64,000 bases of DNA from Candidatus Woesearchaeota archaeon (GTDB taxonomy: Archaea > Nanobdellota > Nanobdellia > Woesearchaeales > ARS49). The DNA lies in contig JAWADY010000001.1 of the NCBI GenBank assembly GCA_038891615.1, positions 227,151 through 291,150 on the forward strand, in the 5' to 3' direction. Shown in pieces: positions 29,589 through 38,927 of the stretch. Position numbers and translations under genes: made by a program. Numbering within the stretch: position 1 is the first letter of the stretch; every line of letters starts with the position of its first letter. A model generated the notes under the pieces. It did no database searches. It worked only from the letters and a program-made list of their open reading frames with translations, and was not told the origin of the DNA.

Positions 29589-29624
29589 ACAAAAAGATAT
29601 AAAGCGTTGCACAGAAGTAATCCT

Positions 29625-29978
29625 ATGCCAGCCGAATACAAACAGGTCATTCTCGTCAGGCAGGATTTAAAACTGTCAAAAGGCAAACTCTCTGTTCAGG
29701 CAGCACACGCCTCTGTTGGCGCGCTACTAAAGTCGCACAAAGATGACATCGCCAAATGGCAGGCACAGGGAATGAAGAAGGTTGTGCTAAAGGTAAAAGA
29801 CCTGCCAACGCTTTTAGAGATAAAGGCAAAAGCAGAAGACGCAGGGCTTGCTGTTTCGTTGGTGACTGACGCAGGACTGACACAGCTCCCTCCTGGCACC
29901 ATTACCAGCCTTGGGATTGGTCCAGACAGGGCGGAAAAAATCGATAAAATTACAGGCAATCTTAAATTGTTAAATTAG
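29625..29978 (+). CDS. pth2: Peptidyl-tRNA hydrolase Pth2
   Basis: KQVILVRQDL, GKLSVQAAHA, DAGLTQ, GIGP. Confidence 0.95.
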   Translation: MPAEYKQVILVRQDLKLSKGKLSVQAAHASVGALLKSHKDDIAKWQAQGMKKVVLKVKDLPTLLEIKAKAEDAGLAVSLVTDAGLTQLPPGTITSLGIGPDRAEKIDKITGNLKLLN

Positions 29979-30034
29979 CGTTAAAAATATAAAGCTAGGT
30001 TGTCAAAGAGCGTACAAAAAGAGGAAAGTTATAA

Positions 30035-30916
30035 ATGGTTACCGCAAAAGAGCTCCTACATACACACTTTGTGACTGTAGACATAAACGATAGGGTTTCA
30101 TCCCTCATTGGCAGGCAGTCAGAAGCAAAGGAGACATTTGCAGTAGTTCTTGACGGCAAAAAATATGTTGGGCTTGTTTCTAAGAAGTGGTTATTAACTG
30201 CGAGGATTGACCCTGAAAAAATGAGGATAAAAAACATCCTTGAGCGCAGACACAAAGCAAAAACCCCATTTTTCGTCCCAAAACTCAGTCAAAAAACAGA
30301 ACTGCGCGAAATAGCGCGACTTTTGGTCAGCGCAGATGTGAGAGCCTTACCAGTGATTGAAAAGGCAAAAGGGGTAAAGGGTGAACCTTTTGAACGCGTT
30401 ATTGGGATTGTGAGGGCAAAGGATGTTGTCAAGGCAATGCGTGATGCTTATGTGAAAATTCCTGCACTTGACATTGCCAGCACAAATCTCGTGAGCATAA
30501 GAGAGGATGAAGAGATAGGCAAAGCGCTAAAGCTAATGGGCTCGCGACATGTTGACAGGTTGATTGTTCTTGACAAAAGAGGGCGCTTGGCTGGAATTCT
30601 TTCTCTTTTTGACTTAATTGAAAATGTCCATCCAAAAATTCTTTCAAAATTGCACATTCCAGGTGCCGCATCTTTAGGAAAATGGAAGGTTACTGGTTTT
30701 GGTGTTGGAGAAAAAACAAGTATCCTTAACCTTCCTGTTAGTTCGATTTCAAAGACATTGCCAGAAACAACATGCTGTCAAGCAAAAACAAGTGTTGCAG
30801 AAGTCATTGATAACATTGTTGAAAAAGATGTAACAAGTGTTGTCATTGTTGACAAGGAGCAAAAGCCAATTGGAATAGTGACTGTAAAAGACATACTTCA
30901 ACACTATTCAAGATAA
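30035..30916 (+). CDS. Multi-CBS-domain protein
   Basis: ALPVI, IGIVRAKD, LAGILSLFD, IGIVTVKD. Confidence 0.85.
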   Translation: MVTAKELLHTHFVTVDINDRVSSLIGRQSEAKETFAVVLDGKKYVGLVSKKWLLTARIDPEKMRIKNILERRHKAKTPFFVPKLSQKTELREIARLLVSADVRALPVIEKAKGVKGEPFERVIGIVRAKDVVKAMRDAYVKIPALDIASTNLVSIREDEEIGKALKLMGSRHVDRLIVLDKRGRLAGILSLFDLIENVHPKILSKLHIPGAASLGKWKVTGFGVGEKTSILNLPVSSISKTLPETTCCQAKTSVAEVIDNIVEKDVTSVVIVDKEQKPIGIVTVKDILQHYSR

Positions 30917-31127
30917 CTTTTTGTTTCAAAATAGAAGTTAAAAATGTGGGGGGCGAAAGATAAAGCATAATAATATATTCAAAATGAAAATTATAGATAT
31001 AATATTTTAACTTAAAAATACAAAATTAATAAAATGTGCCTATCTATTTATACATAATAGAAAACTTAGAAAGCTTTAAATACAAAACCTGTTACGACTT
31101 CAAAAGCCAGTCACAGAGGCTAAAGCA

Positions 31128-31376
31128 ATGGCTTCAAAAAGAACATTTCATGAGATAAGGGATATAATTCTCTACAATCTTGCTAATGGGAAAAAAACAG
31201 CTCATCAAATTTCTACAGAAACAGGAATTGGATGGAAAACTGTGAACAACCATTTAACTTATCTTATTGGCATTGGAATGATTAAGGTCATTTTTTCAAA
31301 CAATCATATGAAAGTTGTTGAGCTCAGCGAACAAGGAAGAGCTTATATCGAAGCAAAAGGAGGACAGCCAAAATAA
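31128..31376 (+). CDS. Winged-helix transcriptional regulator
   Basis: TAHQISTETGIGWKTVNNHL...ELSEQGR. Confidence 0.8.
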   Translation: MASKRTFHEIRDIILYNLANGKKTAHQISTETGIGWKTVNNHLTYLIGIGMIKVIFSNNHMKVVELSEQGRAYIEAKGGQPK

Positions 31377-31413
31377 AAAGTCTCCAATCAAGCAAAAAGG
31401 AAAAAAGAGGGAA

Positions 31414-32619
31414 ATGGTACGCGTACTGATGTTTGGGTGGGAATTCGCGCCCATGTATTCAGGAGGGCTTGGAGTTGCCTGCGCAGGCCTCACTAAAGGT
31501 CTTGTCAAAAAAGGTGTTGATGTTACTTTCGTCGTTCCAAAAAAGCCTGATGGGGTAAAAAGCCATGTGAGACTTCTTTCTGCAGAAGAGTTTGCAAAAG
31601 GTATAAAGTTCAAAACGATTTCTTCGCCCCTTTCTCCATACATGAGCAACGAGCAGTATCTGAGAATGTTCAAAGGTAATCCATTCCTTGCAAGGCTTTA
31701 TGGTCCGAACTTGTTTGAAGAGGTTGAAAGATATGCTCGGGCAGCACAAAGCATAGCAGCAATGGAGAAATTCGACATAATACACTCCCATGACTGGATG
31801 ACCTATAAAGCAGGAATAAACGCAAAACGTATTACAAAGAAGCCATTAGTTGTACATATTCATGCAACAGAGTTTGACCGAACAGGTGGGATTGGCATAA
31901 ACCCAAAAATCTATGACATTGAATATGAAGGTTTTCATGCAGCAGATAAGATTTGTGCGGTAAGCAATTATACAAAACAAACACTTGTCGAGAAATACGG
32001 TGTTAGCAATGAAAAAATTGAAGTTGTGCACAATGGAGTGGAGCTTGAGGAGGGTGAGGATGAAGAATTTGCACTCAAAAGCACTGACAAGATCGTCCTT
32101 TTCCTTGGAAGGCTAACAATTCAGAAAGGACCTGATTGGTTTGTTGAGGCTGCAAAAAAGGTGCTAGAAGTGATGCCTAATGTCAAATTCGTCATTGCTG
32201 GCTCGGGAGACATGGAAGGTACGCTTATTAATAAAGTGATTGAGCTTGGAATTGCCGACAAAGTACTATTTACTGGCTTCTTGAAAGGAAAGGATATCAA
32301 CAGGGCATACAAAATGGCTGATGTTTATGTGCTTTCATCTGTTTCAGAACCTTTTGGGATAACCCCTCTCGAAGCAATGCTTAATGGCACCCCAACCATC
32401 GTCTCAAAACAATCAGGTGTGGCAGAGGTTATAAAACACTGTCTGAAGGTTGATTTCTGGGATACAAACGAGATGGCAAACAAAATCATAAGCATTTTAA
32501 ATCAAACAGCCCTGAAAGAAGTCCTGAGCAAAGAGGGTAAGGCGGAAGCGAGTAAGCTTGGGTGGGATGGCCCTGCTGAAAAGGTGTTTAAGGTTTACAA
32601 AGAACTACTAAAGAAGTGA
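31414..32619 (+). CDS. GT4 glycosyltransferase (putative glycogen synthase)
   Basis: GWEFAP..SGGLG, HSHDW, QKGP, EPFGITPLEAM. Confidence 0.9.
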   Translation: MVRVLMFGWEFAPMYSGGLGVACAGLTKGLVKKGVDVTFVVPKKPDGVKSHVRLLSAEEFAKGIKFKTISSPLSPYMSNEQYLRMFKGNPFLARLYGPNLFEEVERYARAAQSIAAMEKFDIIHSHDWMTYKAGINAKRITKKPLVVHIHATEFDRTGGIGINPKIYDIEYEGFHAADKICAVSNYTKQTLVEKYGVSNEKIEVVHNGVELEEGEDEEFALKSTDKIVLFLGRLTIQKGPDWFVEAAKKVLEVMPNVKFVIAGSGDMEGTLINKVIELGIADKVLFTGFLKGKDINRAYKMADVYVLSSVSEPFGITPLEAMLNGTPTIVSKQSGVAEVIKHCLKVDFWDTNEMANKIISILNQTALKEVLSKEGKAEASKLGWDGPAEKVFKVYKELLKK

Positions 32620-32673
32620 GCTGGTTAAAAGTATGCCATAAAGTGCCTTTGCAGCAAGTAAATTGGTGAAAGC

Positions 32674-33864
32674 ATGAGCAAAGTTTGTCTTTATTTTCAT
32701 GTTCATCAGCCCTTCAGGCTTAGAAAGTTTTCTGTCTTTGACATTGGCAAGTCGCGCGAATATTTTGATGAAGAAATGAATCGCAGGATTGCAGAAAGGG
32801 TCGCAAAGAAATGTTACCTTCCAGCCAATGATTTTATTCGAGAGGCAATAGCGAAATGTGAAGATTTTAAGGTTGCGTACAGCATAACCGGTTGCGCGCT
32901 TGAGCAGTTTGAACGCTATACTCCGGAAGTCCTTGAAAGCTTTGAAGAGCTTGTCAGCACAGGCGCTGTTGAACTCCTTTCAGAAAGTTATTACCACAGC
33001 CTTGCATTTATTTTTGATAAAAAAGAATATGCGCAGCAGGTTAGAATGCATGAAAAGACACTAAAAGGTCTATTTAAACAAAAGCCTACTGTTTTCAGGA
33101 ATACTGAGCTTATCTACAACAATGAGCTTGCTAAATTTGCAGAGCAACGCGGTTATAAGGCAATTCTTGCAGAAGGATGGGACAAAATTCTTGGGTGGAG
33201 AAGTCCAAACTATGTTTACAAGGCAAAGGGAACAAAAAAGCTAAGACTTTTACTAAAAAACTACAGGCTAAGCGATGATATTGCATTTAGGTTTAGCAAG
33301 AGGGACTGGGAGGGCTGGCCCCTCACTGCAGAGAGGTTTGCTCATTGGATTGAAAAAACAAATGGCGACAGCATTAATCTATTCCTTGACTATGAAACAT
33401 TCGGCGAACACCAATGGCTTGAGACTGGGATTTTTGAGTTTCTCAAACAGCTGCCATTAGAATTGCGCAAAAGAGGGATTGGTTTTGTCTGGCCTTCTGA
33501 GCTTGCACGCCTTGAACCAAAGGACGAGCTAGATGTTAAGGATTACCTTTCTTGGGCAGACACCGAACGCGATATCAGTGCATGGCTTGGTAATCCAATG
33601 CAAAAGTCAGCCAGCGAGCAACTCTATGCACTGAAAGAAGCAGTTTTGAAAACAAAAGATGAAGCGTTGATAGAAAGCTGGAGAAAACTCACAACAAGCG
33701 ACCATTTTTACTATATGTGCACAAAATGGTTTAATGATGGAGATGTACACAAATACTTCAACCCATACGACAGCCCATATGAGTGTTTCATAAACATGAT
33801 GAACATAATTGCCGATGTGAGGCAAAGAGTAGCAAATCGCTGCGGTGGCTGGAAGCGAATATGA
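32674..33864 (+). CDS. GH57 alpha-amylase family protein
   Basis: HVHQP, ESYYHSL, FRNTE, DYETFGEH, SDHFYY. Confidence 0.93.
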   Translation: MSKVCLYFHVHQPFRLRKFSVFDIGKSREYFDEEMNRRIAERVAKKCYLPANDFIREAIAKCEDFKVAYSITGCALEQFERYTPEVLESFEELVSTGAVELLSESYYHSLAFIFDKKEYAQQVRMHEKTLKGLFKQKPTVFRNTELIYNNELAKFAEQRGYKAILAEGWDKILGWRSPNYVYKAKGTKKLRLLLKNYRLSDDIAFRFSKRDWEGWPLTAERFAHWIEKTNGDSINLFLDYETFGEHQWLETGIFEFLKQLPLELRKRGIGFVWPSELARLEPKDELDVKDYLSWADTERDISAWLGNPMQKSASEQLYALKEAVLKTKDEALIESWRKLTTSDHFYYMCTKWFNDGDVHKYFNPYDSPYECFINMMNIIADVRQRVANRCGGWKRI

Positions 33865-33948
33865 GCCCTAAGTGGAATTTCGAGAAAAGTTTAAATATGT
33901 CAACCTTCTAAAAATTTTATTCAAGATTTATTAAACAAAAGAGGTGGG

Positions 33949-34317
33949 ATGATGGTGAAAAAAGTAACAAAAAAAGCTACACAACAAAGGGCTGCCAAAC
34001 CAAAAGAAGAGATTCAAGTCATAATTAAACAAAAGCTTCTTGGCAAAGCCCCAGAAGAAAAGAGCTTTGTGCTACATGACGGCAGAAAGCTTCGGACAGT
34101 TTACGAGCTTATTGATGAGCTTGAGCGAATGACAGACGAACAATTCAGAGAGTATGTTGACGGCTTCAGAAACGACTTTGCAAACTGGATACGTGACGTC
34201 TTTGAAGCGCCAAGCCTTGCTGAGGAAATTGCAAAAACAAGTCATAGGATTGAGGCACAAAGGGCTATACTGAAAGAACTCGTTCGGGAGCTGAAAAAGC
34301 TTGCACCAAAAGAATAA
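33949..34317 (+). CDS. DUF5752-like protein
   Basis: FVLHDGRKL, RNDFANWIRDVF. Confidence 0.7.
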   Translation: MMVKKVTKKATQQRAAKPKEEIQVIIKQKLLGKAPEEKSFVLHDGRKLRTVYELIDELERMTDEQFREYVDGFRNDFANWIRDVFEAPSLAEEIAKTSHRIEAQRAILKELVRELKKLAPKE

Positions 34318-34320
34318 GGC

Positions 34321-34734
34321 GTGAAAGCAATGTCACTGCAATTTCTGAAAGATGTCCCACAGGAACATGCCTTTAGACTTAAAGATGGCCCTGAGCTAAA
34401 AAATCTTTATGAGCTAGCTGAAAAGCTTGGACAGCTTTCAGAGCATCAATTTAGACATCATGTTAATGACTCTAAGAACGACTTTAAGAACTGGGTGCAG
34501 GATGTCATAAAGGACGACATTTTAGCGACAAGGCTTGCAAGAGCAAAGGACAAAAGAGTGGCTCAGTTGGAAGTTTTAAATCGGATAAAAGAGCTAGAAG
34601 CTAGGCGTGATTTGGAAGAGGCGCATTATGACTTCAAAAAAAATTTTAAGCTAACGATAAATGAGTTTGTTCTTGGCTTGGGAACAGGTCTTATTGCAGG
34701 AGCCATAATTGCACGAGCAATCGCCGGGATTTAG
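34321..34734 (+). CDS. DUF5752-like protein with C-terminal TM helix
   Basis: FRLKDG, FRHHVN..KNDFKNWVQDVI; ends FVLGLGTGLIAGAIIA. Confidence 0.7.
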   Translation: MKAMSLQFLKDVPQEHAFRLKDGPELKNLYELAEKLGQLSEHQFRHHVNDSKNDFKNWVQDVIKDDILATRLARAKDKRVAQLEVLNRIKELEARRDLEEAHYDFKKNFKLTINEFVLGLGTGLIAGAIIARAIAGI

Positions 34735-34821
34735 ATTTGACTTTAGAGTTATCACTAATGGATAGTTCTAAACGATAGTTTTATATATACTCTTGGCTTT
34801 GATGGGCAAGGTGGGTGAAGT

Positions 34822-35847
34822 ATGAATGCAAGCCAAGTAAATGGTGAACTATTGACAAAAAGCATTGCTCTCATCAAGAGTGCACAATACCCCTCTGGTC
34901 TATTTCCTGCAAGTCCAAAGGGCGTTAGTACTGGTTATAATCTTGCATGGATAAGAGATAATGTCTATGCTGCGCTTGGTCTTGCCTCAACAAATGAAAA
35001 AAAGGCTGCAATAAATGCAATTCGCGCACTACTTGCAATACTCAAAAAGCACGAATATAAGATAGATTGGATTATCAAACAGCCAGAACCAAAGCACAGC
35101 TATAGATACATCCATGCAAGATACGACCCTTTAACAGGAAATGAGATTTGGGAGCCATGGGGAAACAAACAGAACGATGCTATAGGTGCACTCCTGTTCA
35201 ATATTGGCAGGCTTGAACGCACCGGAATAAAAGTAATAAGAAATGAGGCGGATATTAGAGTGCTCCAAAAGCTCGTCAACTATCTTGAAGCAATTCAATA
35301 CTGGCATGATGCAGATAATGGAATGTGGGAGGAAAACGAAGAGCTTCATGCAAGCTCGGTTGGTGCTTGCGTTGCAGGACTTAGGGCAGTACAGGGGATT
35401 GTTGATGTTCCACCGAGACTGATTGAAAAAGGAATGCATACCTTAAATGCGCTTCTTCCAAATGAGTCTCCAACAAAAAAGGCAGACCTTTCACTGCTCT
35501 CTTTGATATATCCTTATGAGGTTGTGAACAAGGAGATGGCTGAACTAATTCTGGCAAACATCGAAGGCTCACTTGTTCGAGAACGCGGCGTTATAAGATA
35601 TGTTGGTGACACATACTACATGGGAGAAAGAGAAGCATCTTGGACAATAGGGCTGCCATGGCTGGCTATTGCTTGGAAAGCGCTCAACAGGCCAGACAAG
35701 TATGCTTATTACATGAGAAAGACCATTAATATAATGAACGAGGAAGGCGAACTTCCAGAACTTTACATAGATGATGGTCCAAAGCACAACGAAAACAGCC
35801 CACTTATTTGGGCTCAAGCAATGTTTTTAATTGCAAGCACGCTTTAA
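34822..35847 (+). CDS. GH15 glucoamylase-like protein
   Basis: AWIRDN, QNDAIG, GMWEE, ELPELY, PLIWAQA. Confidence 0.88.
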   Translation: MNASQVNGELLTKSIALIKSAQYPSGLFPASPKGVSTGYNLAWIRDNVYAALGLASTNEKKAAINAIRALLAILKKHEYKIDWIIKQPEPKHSYRYIHARYDPLTGNEIWEPWGNKQNDAIGALLFNIGRLERTGIKVIRNEADIRVLQKLVNYLEAIQYWHDADNGMWEENEELHASSVGACVAGLRAVQGIVDVPPRLIEKGMHTLNALLPNESPTKKADLSLLSLIYPYEVVNKEMAELILANIEGSLVRERGVIRYVGDTYYMGEREASWTIGLPWLAIAWKALNRPDKYAYYMRKTINIMNEEGELPELYIDDGPKHNENSPLIWAQAMFLIASTL

Positions 35848-37040
35848 TAAAAATGCCTAAAAATAACTCTTTGGAAAGAATAGTTGCAGCCAATGCTTCT
35901 ATGCGCACAGGCAAAAAAATAGCTAAAGAACTACCTCACATTTCTTCGGACTACAAAGCAGGTCTCAGCCAAAGAGAAATCATCGAAAAATACAACATAA
36001 TGGAAAGGTACCACATCCCAACTAAAAAGGCAGCGGTTGCTTGTGTCAGCAATGCACTTAAATTGCTCATTCCAAAAAAAGAACGCGAGAAGATATGTCT
36101 GGAACACATGATAAAAGCTAGCAAATTAAATGCTGAGAAAAGAATTGGGATTACAGGAATGTCGTATGAAAAACGTGTAGATGTTGGAAGGAAAGCGGCT
36201 ATTTCAAGGGGACGAATCCCATGGAGCGAAGAAGAAAAAAATTATCTACTTATGCTATGTGAAGACCCTGCTTACAATTTTTACTCCGCGTCTGGAAAGT
36301 GCTATCGGCGCGATGTAAAAAAGATTAAGTCAGAACTTGAAAAGCGCTCTGGCATTAAAAGAACAGAAATAGCAATTGAAAGAATGTATTACAAGCTAAA
36401 AAAAAGATGAATCCAAAGCACAACGAAAACAGCCCACTTATTTGGGCTAAGGCAATGTTTTTGATTGCAAGCACGCTTTAATAAAAATGCCTAAAAATAA
36501 CTCTTTGGAAAGAATAGTTGCAGCCTATGCTTCCAGGCATACAGGCAAAAAAATAGCTGAAGAATTACCACACATTTCTTCTGATTACAAAGCAGGTCTT
36601 AGCCTAAGGGAAATCGTGGAAAAATACGACATAATGGAGAGGTATCAAATTTCAAATAAGAATACAGCGGTTGCTGGTGTCAGCTATGCACTCAAATTGC
36701 TGATTCCAAAAAAAGAGCGTGAGAAGATAGGTTTTGAGCATATGATAAAATCTGGCAAATTAATTGCTGAGAAAGGCATTGGGATTGCAGGAATGTCACA
36801 TGAAAAATGTGCAGAACTTGGAAGGAAAGCATCTATTGCAAGAGGACAAACACCATGGACTCAAGAAGAAAAAAATTATCTACTTAGACTATTTGAAGAC
36901 CCATCCTACAATTATTATTCCACATCTGGAAAGTGCTATCGTCGCGACATAAAAAAGATTAAATCAGAACTCGAAAAGTTTTCTGGCATAAAAAGAACAG
37001 AAACCGCAATTGAAAACATGTATTATTACGAGCTAAAAAA
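35778..37040 (+). repeat. Tandem duplication with 634-bp period (GH15 3' end plus downstream gene)
   Basis: 35778-35891 and 36412-36525 differ at 3 positions; paralogous ORFs follow. Confidence 0.92.
35853..36410 (+). CDS. Putative DNA-binding protein, Myb/SANT-like C-terminus (copy 1)
   Basis: GLSQREIIEKY HTH-like segment; PWSEEEKNYL...KRTEIAIERMYYKL. Confidence 0.65.
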   Translation: MPKNNSLERIVAANASMRTGKKIAKELPHISSDYKAGLSQREIIEKYNIMERYHIPTKKAAVACVSNALKLLIPKKEREKICLEHMIKASKLNAEKRIGITGMSYEKRVDVGRKAAISRGRIPWSEEEKNYLLMLCEDPAYNFYSASGKCYRRDVKKIKSELEKRSGIKRTEIAIERMYYKLKKR

Positions 37041-37092
37041 AAACGAAATAAATAGAGCTCAACTTTATAAACCAACACCCTCAAGCCCATAA
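36487..37092 (+). CDS. Putative DNA-binding protein, Myb/SANT-like C-terminus (copy 2)
   Basis: Paralog of copy 1; PWTQEEKNYL...KRTETAIENMYY. Confidence 0.65.
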   Translation: MPKNNSLERIVAAYASRHTGKKIAEELPHISSDYKAGLSLREIVEKYDIMERYQISNKNTAVAGVSYALKLLIPKKEREKIGFEHMIKSGKLIAEKGIGIAGMSHEKCAELGRKASIARGQTPWTQEEKNYLLRLFEDPSYNYYSTSGKCYRRDIKKIKSELEKFSGIKRTETAIENMYYYELKKNEINRAQLYKPTPSSP

Positions 37093-38927
37093 AGCTCGTT
37101 AATAAGCTCAATAAAAAGTGCTGAGCTCCATGCCTGGCTTAAACAGCCTTTAGACGAGAGTTTTGATGCAGAACTAAGTTCTGCATGATGTCCAATTGCT
37201 CCCATGGTTAGTATTTCGGTTGCGCTTGCGTCAAGAATCTTGTTTATATACGCTTGAAAGCGTTTTTTATCACCTCTCGCAAGAACAATCGCAACAAGAT
37301 TGTTCAACCAAAACCAACTATCACCACGATGATAACTTCGGACATCTTCGCCGGTGTGCTCTGACAAAAACAAAACACTCCTTTTGTCTATTGTTGCAAG
37401 CCCTCCCCAATCAAGCCAAAGTCGTGGCAGAATGTTTTCAAAACAAAGTATCCATTCTTTTTTTGAAAGAAGCTGAGGATAAAGGTAGGCTGCAATAAAA
37501 ACATTTGGCCTTGCTGTCCAGTCAATCATGCCATTTGCATCAATGCCATCTGCAAGTTGCTTGCCATCCCAAAGCTTTTTCCTTACGCTTGCGAGAAGTC
37601 TTTGTTCAAGTGAATGAGGAGCACCAAACAATTGTCTGTGAAGAGCAAGTATTGCGAGAGCGCCAGCCTGAATTTCAACCCTGTATCCTGCCCTACCGCC
37701 ATCATTCCATTCAGTATCCATCCAACTTTCCTTTGAACTGTTCCAAATTAATCCATGAGGATTTTCAGTAAGCAAAGCAAGACGCTCAATGGCTGCGTGC
37801 AGCTTTGCCTTTACAATCGCAAGTTCGTCTTTTGTGATAAAAGCAGTCAGCAGTTGTTCCTTTTCAAGCACTTTGAAGAACTCACCAATCCTGAGGAAAA
37901 GCCAGCCAGGAGCATCTGCTGCAACAAGCTGAGAACCATCTTTGGATGTAAGCCTCCAGCCGTCCAACTTTCTTAGGTGATAAAAAAGAATCTCTTTCAC
38001 AAGCCTAAGTTTATCAACCAACATTAGAGCTTTTGAACTAACTAGTTCATCCCTTGTCCAGCGTTCAAAAAACCATGGTAAACCTGCCCGCAAATAAGGA
38101 CTGCCTTTTCTAGGAACAAATATCAGGCTATCAAGGGCAGCCTTGGAACAAGCATATGCAAGGTCAAGCCTCTCATTACCAATACTCCGCTCACCTATCA
38201 CTGTTGCCACTGCTTGCTCTTTTTTACTTAAAAGGGCTTTTCTTTGCCTAAAAACCCTTTTTGCTGTTTTAATTGCCTCATCTCGGTTTCTAGAAAAAGC
38301 AAAAATGATATCCCTTGGCTCTTTTGTGCGAAGCCGTGCAGCAAAAAAAACAAATCTTGAGTAGGGTGGTGAGCTCCTTTCCCTGTCAAAAGAATAGTTG
38401 CGTTCAAGCCATCTCTCAACAGGCATAAACTCCAATCCAGGAGAATGACAAGCGATAAAAAGCCTAAATTCGTTGTTAAAAATAGAATTGTCATCACGAA
38501 TGTCATTCTTTTTTAAGAAACTGATGACAAGGCATTCCTGCTCCTTTGAGAGCTTGTATTCGCGCCCCCATTCCCTGTTGTCAAAGATTTCTTTACAATC
38601 AAGCACGAGCTTAAGCTCTGCTGGACCATCGATTGAATATATCAAAGCATTTTCTTCTGGAATGCAAAATTGTTCTGTAATATGGCCCTTTTTATCGCCA
38701 ACAAACCATTTTCTTCTGGCAGCCCAGAGGTTGTTCTCAAGCTCTTCAACGACCTTTGACCCATCGATTTCCAGATGTTCAATCGTCTTGAACACCCTTC
38801 CAGAAGCGTCTGTAAAGAAAACTCCTTCAAACCTTGAGCTTGGGATTGGAGACGCCAAAAGCCAACATCCCTGTTTGTTTGTGAGAAGGATTGAGGACTC
38901 TTCAGCGAATTTGCCAATGTCCATCAA
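37065..38927 (-). CDS. Amylo-alpha-1,6-glucosidase (glycogen debranching enzyme)
   Basis: AGLPWF..WTRD, SWMDT, VEIQ, RPN, YHRG..WFW, QAWS. Confidence 0.88.
   Translation of the reverse strand: MMDIGKFAEESSILLTNKQGCWLLASPIPSSRFEGVFFTDASGRVFKTIEHLEIDGSKVVEELENNLWAARRKWFVGDKKGHITEQFCIPEENALIYSIDGPAELKLVLDCKEIFDNREWGREYKLSKEQECLVISFLKKNDIRDDNSIFNNEFRLFIACHSPGLEFMPVERWLERNYSFDRERSSPPYSRFVFFAARLRTKEPRDIIFAFSRNRDEAIKTAKRVFRQRKALLSKKEQAVATVIGERSIGNERLDLAYACSKAALDSLIFVPRKGSPYLRAGLPWFFERWTRDELVSSKALMLVDKLRLVKEILFYHLRKLDGWRLTSKDGSQLVAADAPGWLFLRIGEFFKVLEKEQLLTAFITKDELAIVKAKLHAAIERLALLTENPHGLIWNSSKESWMDTEWNDGGRAGYRVEIQAGALAILALHRQLFGAPHSLEQRLLASVRKKLWDGKQLADGIDANGMIDWTARPNVFIAAYLYPQLLSKKEWILCFENILPRLWLDWGGLATIDKRSVLFLSEHTGEDVRSYHRGDSWFWLNNLVAIVLARGDKKRFQAYINKILDASATEILTMGAIGHHAELSSASKLSSKGCLSQAWSSALFIELINELYGLEGVGL

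Noticed and set aside
35853-37092. Paralog pair as a DGR or an integrated mobile element
   Set aside because: Substitutions involve all bases; there is no third att-like copy, integrase or RT
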